Assembly (NCBI GenBank): GCA_965219085.1
Contig: OZ244720.1
Span: 2,400,001 to 2,464,000, forward strand
DNA: 64,000 nucleotides
From: Dehalococcoidia bacterium
GTDB taxonomy: Bacteria; Chloroflexota; Dehalococcoidia; UBA2979
Direction of reading: 5' to 3'
The notes beneath the pieces were generated by a model. It saw nothing but the letters and a program-made list of their open reading frames with translations, had not been told where the DNA came from and searched no databases. Of the stretch, positions 59,769 through 64,000 are shown piece by piece (within the stretch, counting starts at the first letter, position 1; each line of letters starts with the position of its first letter). Made by a program: the position numbers and the translations under genes.

Positions 59769-60551
59769 CTACGCCTCGTGCGCGACGACAAGGCGCGCGA
59801 GTTCGTCGGGGCGCTCCAGCTCCAGCCAGTGGCCCGCGCCGTCGACGACCTCGAGTCGTGCGCTCGGCAGGGCGTCCGCGTACATGCGGCCCGCCTCGAG
59901 CGGCACGATGCGGTCCTCGGAGCCCCAGACCAGTAGCGTGGGCGTCTCCACCGTCGGGAGCAGGTGCGGCAGCGCCGCGTTGTGCATGTATGGCTTCCAC
60001 GTCACGCGCGTCGTCATCTCGCGGTTGAGGTCCCAGGCCAGCAGCTGTTCCAGCTCCGGCTCCTCGCCGAAGTGCGCCTCGAACCCCTCGTCGCTGGCGA
60101 AACCCTGCCGCACGTAGTCCTGGTGGTTCACGAGGAACTGGTCCAGGATCTCGCCCTCGGCGGGCTTGACGCCCATCGCCCCGGCGAGCGTGAGTCGGTG
60201 GATGCGCGACTGCGCGACCGTGGCGAGCTCGGCGGCGACATAACCGCCGAACCCGAGCCCGAGGATGCTCGCGCGGTCCAGGTCCAGCGCGTCGAGCAGC
60301 GCGCCGGCGAGGACGGCGATGTCGCGGACGTTGCGCGCCCACTCGGGCCGCCCGGATGCGCCCCAGCCCGGCAGGTCGGGCACATGGACGGTGAAGCGCT
60401 CGGCGAGGCGGTCGTAGCACGGAGTCCACGCGTGGACGCCGATGTCATGGTGCAAGACGACGAGCGGGTCGCCGGAGCCTGCGCTGCGGACATGCACGTC
60501 GCCGCCGGCAACGGTCACGGTGCGTTCGTCGTGCGTGGTCGCGGTCGTCAT
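59769..60551 (-). CDS. Alpha/beta-hydrolase-fold protein lacking the nucleophile Ser
   Basis: PDLPGWGAS, elbow GLGFGG, WGSEDRIVP, GAGH. Confidence 0.85.
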   Translation of the reverse strand: MTTATTHDERTVTVAGGDVHVRSAGSGDPLVVLHHDIGVHAWTPCYDRLAERFTVHVPDLPGWGASGRPEWARNVRDIAVLAGALLDALDLDRASILGLGFGGYVAAELATVAQSRIHRLTLAGAMGVKPAEGEILDQFLVNHQDYVRQGFASDEGFEAHFGEEPELEQLLAWDLNREMTTRVTWKPYMHNAALPHLLPTVETPTLLVWGSEDRIVPLEAGRMYADALPSARLEVVDGAGHWLELERPDELARLVVAHEA

Positions 60552-60578
60552 GATCGTGCCTTCCGTCGGCAGCAACTT

Positions 60579-60760
60579 CTAGTTGGTGAGGGCACGAGCG
60601 GCTGCCCCGATGGCGGCGGCCATGACCATCCCGGCGAGCATGCTCGCGACCGTCCAGCGCGTCAGTCGAGTTTCCATGCGCGCGACCTGGTCGCCACCTG
60701 TCGGAGGGTGGACTCGATCCGCTCGAAGCGATCGCTCATGAGGTTGGTCTGGGCGGTCAC
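60579..60760 (-). pseudogene. Short coiled-coil plus C-terminal TM protein (DUF1640/XhlA-like architecture), frameshifted
   Basis: MSDRFERIESTLRQV then, after a frame change near 60692, DQVARMETRLTRWTVASMLAGMVMAAAIG. Confidence 0.5.
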
Positions 60761-60831
60761 GCGGCCATGCTACTCCAGGACGCGCGCCGGGTGCCCCCGT
60801 TCGCGTAGACTCGATTGGGCGGAGGCTCACC

Positions 60832-62061
60832 ATGACCACTGGCGACGTGACACGGCAGACGACGGCGGCGCACGCGAGCGAGGTGATGGCGGAGACCGGC
60901 GGCGCGGTCACCGCGGCCGTCGTGCATTCCGGACCGGACTGGGAGACGGCCACCAGGGCCGTCCTCGCGTCGCTCGCTGGAGCGGCGACGCCGGACCTCG
61001 GCCTCGTCTTCATCGACTCGCGGTTCGCCGACCACTACGGCGATGTGCTGACCCGCCTGCGCAAGGGCACAGGCGTCGCCAACCTGGTCGGCGCGAGCGG
61101 CGAGGCCGTGATCGGCCCCGGCGTGGAGGCGCAGATCGAGCCCGCGGTCTCGTTCCTCGGCGTCTCGCTGCCCGGCCTCCAGGCGACGACGATCGCGATG
61201 CCCGCCGACACGCCGCTGGAGCCCGCACTCGAGCGCGTTGCCGCCGCGGGCGCGCGGGCGTGGCTGCTCTTCGCCGACCCGTTCAGCGTCGACAGCGAGG
61301 CGCTCGTGCGCGCCATCGAGGCGCGCGCACCCGACCAGCCGATCCTCGGCGGGCTCGCCTCCTCGCACGACATGCGCGGTGGGGCGGCCGTGTTCGCCGG
61401 CGGCGCGGTGCAGGCCGGCGGCGCCGTGCTCGTGGGGCTGAAGGGCGACTTCAACCTCCACTCGATCGTCGCGCAGGGCGCCGAGCCGATCGGCCAGCCG
61501 TGGACGGTCACCGCCTGCGAGGGCAACATCGTGCGCGAGTTGGGGTCGAGGCGGGCGCTCGACGTGCTGCAGGACACCCTCGCCTCACTCGATCCCGATA
61601 CGCGCGCGCGGGCGCAGCGCAACCTCCTCGTCGGCCTCGCGATGGACGAGTACCGCTACCAGCACGGCCGCGGCGACTATCTGATCCGCAACATCATGGG
61701 GGGCGACCGCGAGACCGGGGCGATCTCCGTCAACGCCGTCCCCCGCGTCGGCCAGACGTTCCAGTTCCAGTTCCGCGACGCCGGCGCGGCCGACGAGGAC
61801 CTCCGTCAGCACCTCGCGATCCTGAAGCAGCGGCTGCTGCCCGGCGAGACGGTGGTAGGCGCCGTGCTGTGCTCCTGCAACGGCCGCGGGCAGGGCCTGT
61901 TCGGCCTGCCGAACCACGACGCGCAGGCCCTCGTGGACGCGCTCGGGCCGGTGCCGGTCGCAGGCATCTTCTGCAGCGGCGAGATCGGCCCCGTGGCGGG
62001 CACGACGTTCCTGCACGGCTTCACGGCGAGCATCGCGCTCCTGACCGCGCGCTCCCGCTAG
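60832..62061 (+). CDS. FIST-domain signal transduction protein (NosP-like)
   Basis: GGLAS, VAQGAEPIG, YLIRNIMG, SCNGRG, GIFCSGEIGP, LHGFTAS. Confidence 0.88.
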   Translation: MTTGDVTRQTTAAHASEVMAETGGAVTAAVVHSGPDWETATRAVLASLAGAATPDLGLVFIDSRFADHYGDVLTRLRKGTGVANLVGASGEAVIGPGVEAQIEPAVSFLGVSLPGLQATTIAMPADTPLEPALERVAAAGARAWLLFADPFSVDSEALVRAIEARAPDQPILGGLASSHDMRGGAAVFAGGAVQAGGAVLVGLKGDFNLHSIVAQGAEPIGQPWTVTACEGNIVRELGSRRALDVLQDTLASLDPDTRARAQRNLLVGLAMDEYRYQHGRGDYLIRNIMGGDRETGAISVNAVPRVGQTFQFQFRDAGAADEDLRQHLAILKQRLLPGETVVGAVLCSCNGRGQGLFGLPNHDAQALVDALGPVPVAGIFCSGEIGPVAGTTFLHGFTASIALLTARSR

Positions 62062-62091
62062 CCGCACGCGGCGAGGGCGTCGGGGCGCGCG

Positions 62092-63123
62092 ATGCCGCAG
62101 GTCACGGTCACGTTCGCCCTCGAACCGGAGCTCGCCGACCGCATCCGCGCCGTCGACCCCTCGGTCCGGGTGCGCGTGCTGAACCCGCGCGGGCTCGACG
62201 CGCTACAGGGGGCGGGCCGCTTCCCGAGCCAGCGCCAGGCCGTGACCCCACCCGCCGAGATCGAGGCCGCGCTCGCGGACTCCGAGGTGCTGTTCGCCTA
62301 CTGGGGCGACGCGCTGGAGCGACTCGTGCGGCCCGACGCGTTTCCCGCCTCGCTGCGCTGGGTGCAGCTCTTCACGGCCGGCGCCGAACGCGTCGATTCG
62401 GCGCTGGTCAACGACTGCGGCATGATGGTCACGACCGTGACGGGCATGCACGCCGTACCGATCTCGGAGTTCGTGCTGACCTACATGCTGATGTTCGCCA
62501 AGGGCTGGCCCGCGCTCTGGCGCAACCAGATGTCCGGCGCGTACGACCGCTCGGTCGTGCCCGAGGACCTCGAGGGCAAGACGGTCGGCATCATCGGCAT
62601 GGGCGCCATCGGCGCGGCCGTCGCCACGCGCTCCCGCGCGCTCGGTTGCCGCGTGCTTGGGATGCGGCGCTCGTTCACCGCGCGCGGCCCCGACGACGTG
62701 GCCGACGAGGCGGTCCCGCCGAGCGACCTCGACTACCTGCTGGCGGAGAGCGACTTCGTCGTGCTCGCCGCGCCGCTGACCGAGGAGACGCGCGGGATGA
62801 TCGGCGCGGAGCAGTTGCGGACCATGGGCCCGCGGTCGTACCTGCTGAACATCGCGCGCGGTGAACTCGTCGACGAGGCGGCCATGGTCGCCGCGTTGCG
62901 CGAGGGCGTCATCGGCGGCGCAGCCCTCGACGTGTTCCACCGCGAGCCGCTGCCGCCCGACAGCGCGCTGTGGCAGCTCGACAACGTGATCCTGACGCCC
63001 CACCTGACCGGTGGCCCCGCCGACTACGCCGCGCGCGCCACCTCGATGTTCTGCGACAACCTCGCGCGCTACCTGGCCGGCGAGCCGCTCCGCAACGTCT
63101 ACGACCCGTCGCGGGGGTATTAG
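62092..63123 (+). CDS. D-2-hydroxyacid dehydrogenase
   Basis: GIIGMGAIG, PLTEETRG, NIARG, ALDVF..EPLP, LTPH. Confidence 0.92.
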   Translation: MPQVTVTFALEPELADRIRAVDPSVRVRVLNPRGLDALQGAGRFPSQRQAVTPPAEIEAALADSEVLFAYWGDALERLVRPDAFPASLRWVQLFTAGAERVDSALVNDCGMMVTTVTGMHAVPISEFVLTYMLMFAKGWPALWRNQMSGAYDRSVVPEDLEGKTVGIIGMGAIGAAVATRSRALGCRVLGMRRSFTARGPDDVADEAVPPSDLDYLLAESDFVVLAAPLTEETRGMIGAEQLRTMGPRSYLLNIARGELVDEAAMVAALREGVIGGAALDVFHREPLPPDSALWQLDNVILTPHLTGGPADYAARATSMFCDNLARYLAGEPLRNVYDPSRGY

Positions 63124-63281
63124 CAGGGTGTTTGGGGCTGTATTCGATGCAGGTACCGGATTCGTAAGGAGCCGTGATTGAGGCGATACGCCAGACTGCT
63201 TGATCGCCTCGGGGTGGCCGTCGCTCAAGATCGGGCGCTCAAGATCGGGCGCTGTCAGCACTCTGCCGGTAGGATGCCGAG

Positions 63282-64000
63282 ATGCAGACCGACCAGTCGG
63301 GCGAGGGCCGATTCGGGAGGTGGTTGCGCGAGCACCTGACGATTCGCCTTGCCCTGACACCGCTGACCGCATCGGCGATTCTGATTCTGTTCTATCTCTA
63401 CTGGGACGTGTTGTGGATCGCGAGCGACTACAACGGGCGCTCCCACTCGTGGCAACTCTGGGCAGCTTCCATCGCGCCTGCGGTGTTCGCGACCGCATAC
63501 CTGCGCCATAATAAAGACCGTTTGAGGTCCGTACGGATAGGGCTCGCCTGGGCCCTCGTGGGAACCGTGCTTCTACTCGCGGCAGGAGCAGCCGTCTACA
63601 ACGAGTGGCAGTTGCACGTGTTCACACGTGAGGACGAAGGGTTCATTGGACTCCTGGGCTGGGGCGCCACGCTGGCGGCGTTTTCAGTGCCGGTCGCCGT
63701 TGGCGCCACATTTGTGCACCGGCGACTCATGATCACCCTGGCCGGGATCTTGCTGGCCCAGGCGCTGTTCATCGCCCTGACCCTCGGCTTCTCGGAGGAA
63801 CTTTTTGACTTCCCGCAGCCCTGCGAGGACGGGACGGAGGCAGTGGAAGAAGCCTCAGCGCCTGCCGCCAGGATCGAAATGCCGTACACAGCGATCGAGC
63901 CAAACGATGAGCAGGGCGACACCGACTCGGTACGCGTCACACACGGCGTCGACGTCCTTTGTGCCGTCCGCAGCGCGCCCCTTGACCACGGCTTCATCCC
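63282..64000 (+). CDS. Hypothetical multi-pass membrane protein, 3' end outside the window
   Basis: Manual translation MQTDQSGEGRFGRWLREHLTIRLAL... stays open to the window end with about 5 hydrophobic segments; TAGGAT 6 nt before the ATG. Confidence 0.7.
   Translation, partial: MQTDQSGEGRFGRWLREHLTIRLALTPLTASAILILFYLYWDVLWIASDYNGRSHSWQLWAASIAPAVFATAYLRHNKDRLRSVRIGLAWALVGTVLLLAAGAAVYNEWQLHVFTREDEGFIGLLGWGATLAAFSVPVAVGATFVHRRLMITLAGILLAQALFIALTLGFSEELFDFPQPCEDGTEAVEEASAPAARIEMPYTAIEPNDEQGDTDSVRVTHGVDVLCAVRSAPLDHGFI

Noticed and set aside
63222-63253. 14-bp tandem repeat CGCTCAAGATCGGG upstream of the last gene
   Set aside because: Only about two copies with no supporting context; most simply a slippage duplication

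Overview
High-GC bacterial chromosomal segment. The gene content (paralogous acyl-CoA dehydrogenases, family III CoA-transferases, and the GroEL and NuoB sequences) tentatively suggests Chloroflexota of the Dehalococcoidia/SAR202 type; this taxonomy is inference. The backbone is housekeeping and catabolic: ABC1 kinase, P450, HIT, tRNA-Ile2(CAT), a fused CydDC-like ABC exporter, HU, an acyl-CoA/thiolase-DUF35 catabolic cluster, a cobalamin-riboswitch-controlled btuCD-cobO-cbiB-cobD-cobQ operon with broken cbiB and cobQ, solo groEL with a perfect CIRCE, orphan nuoB, iscS/sufR-like/iscA, yitJ and glcDEF. Two complete IS elements are present: an IS3-family element splitting a lipoprotein gene and an IS5-family element in a CTAG site. 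Several single, compositionally atypical genes sit at operon ends, including two PD-(D/E)XK nuclease-like genes. The most unusual signal is a pair of 73-77 bp duplications of gene 3' ends, each ending 22 nt past the stop codon. One is almost empty (10-bp spacer). The other brackets a 1.7-kb recombinase-less cassette encoding a protein with three copies of an unrecognised 8-Cys/1-His module. Many genes appear to be leaderless (TANNNT 6-7 nt before the start codon). All calls are by eye from motifs; no database searches were run.
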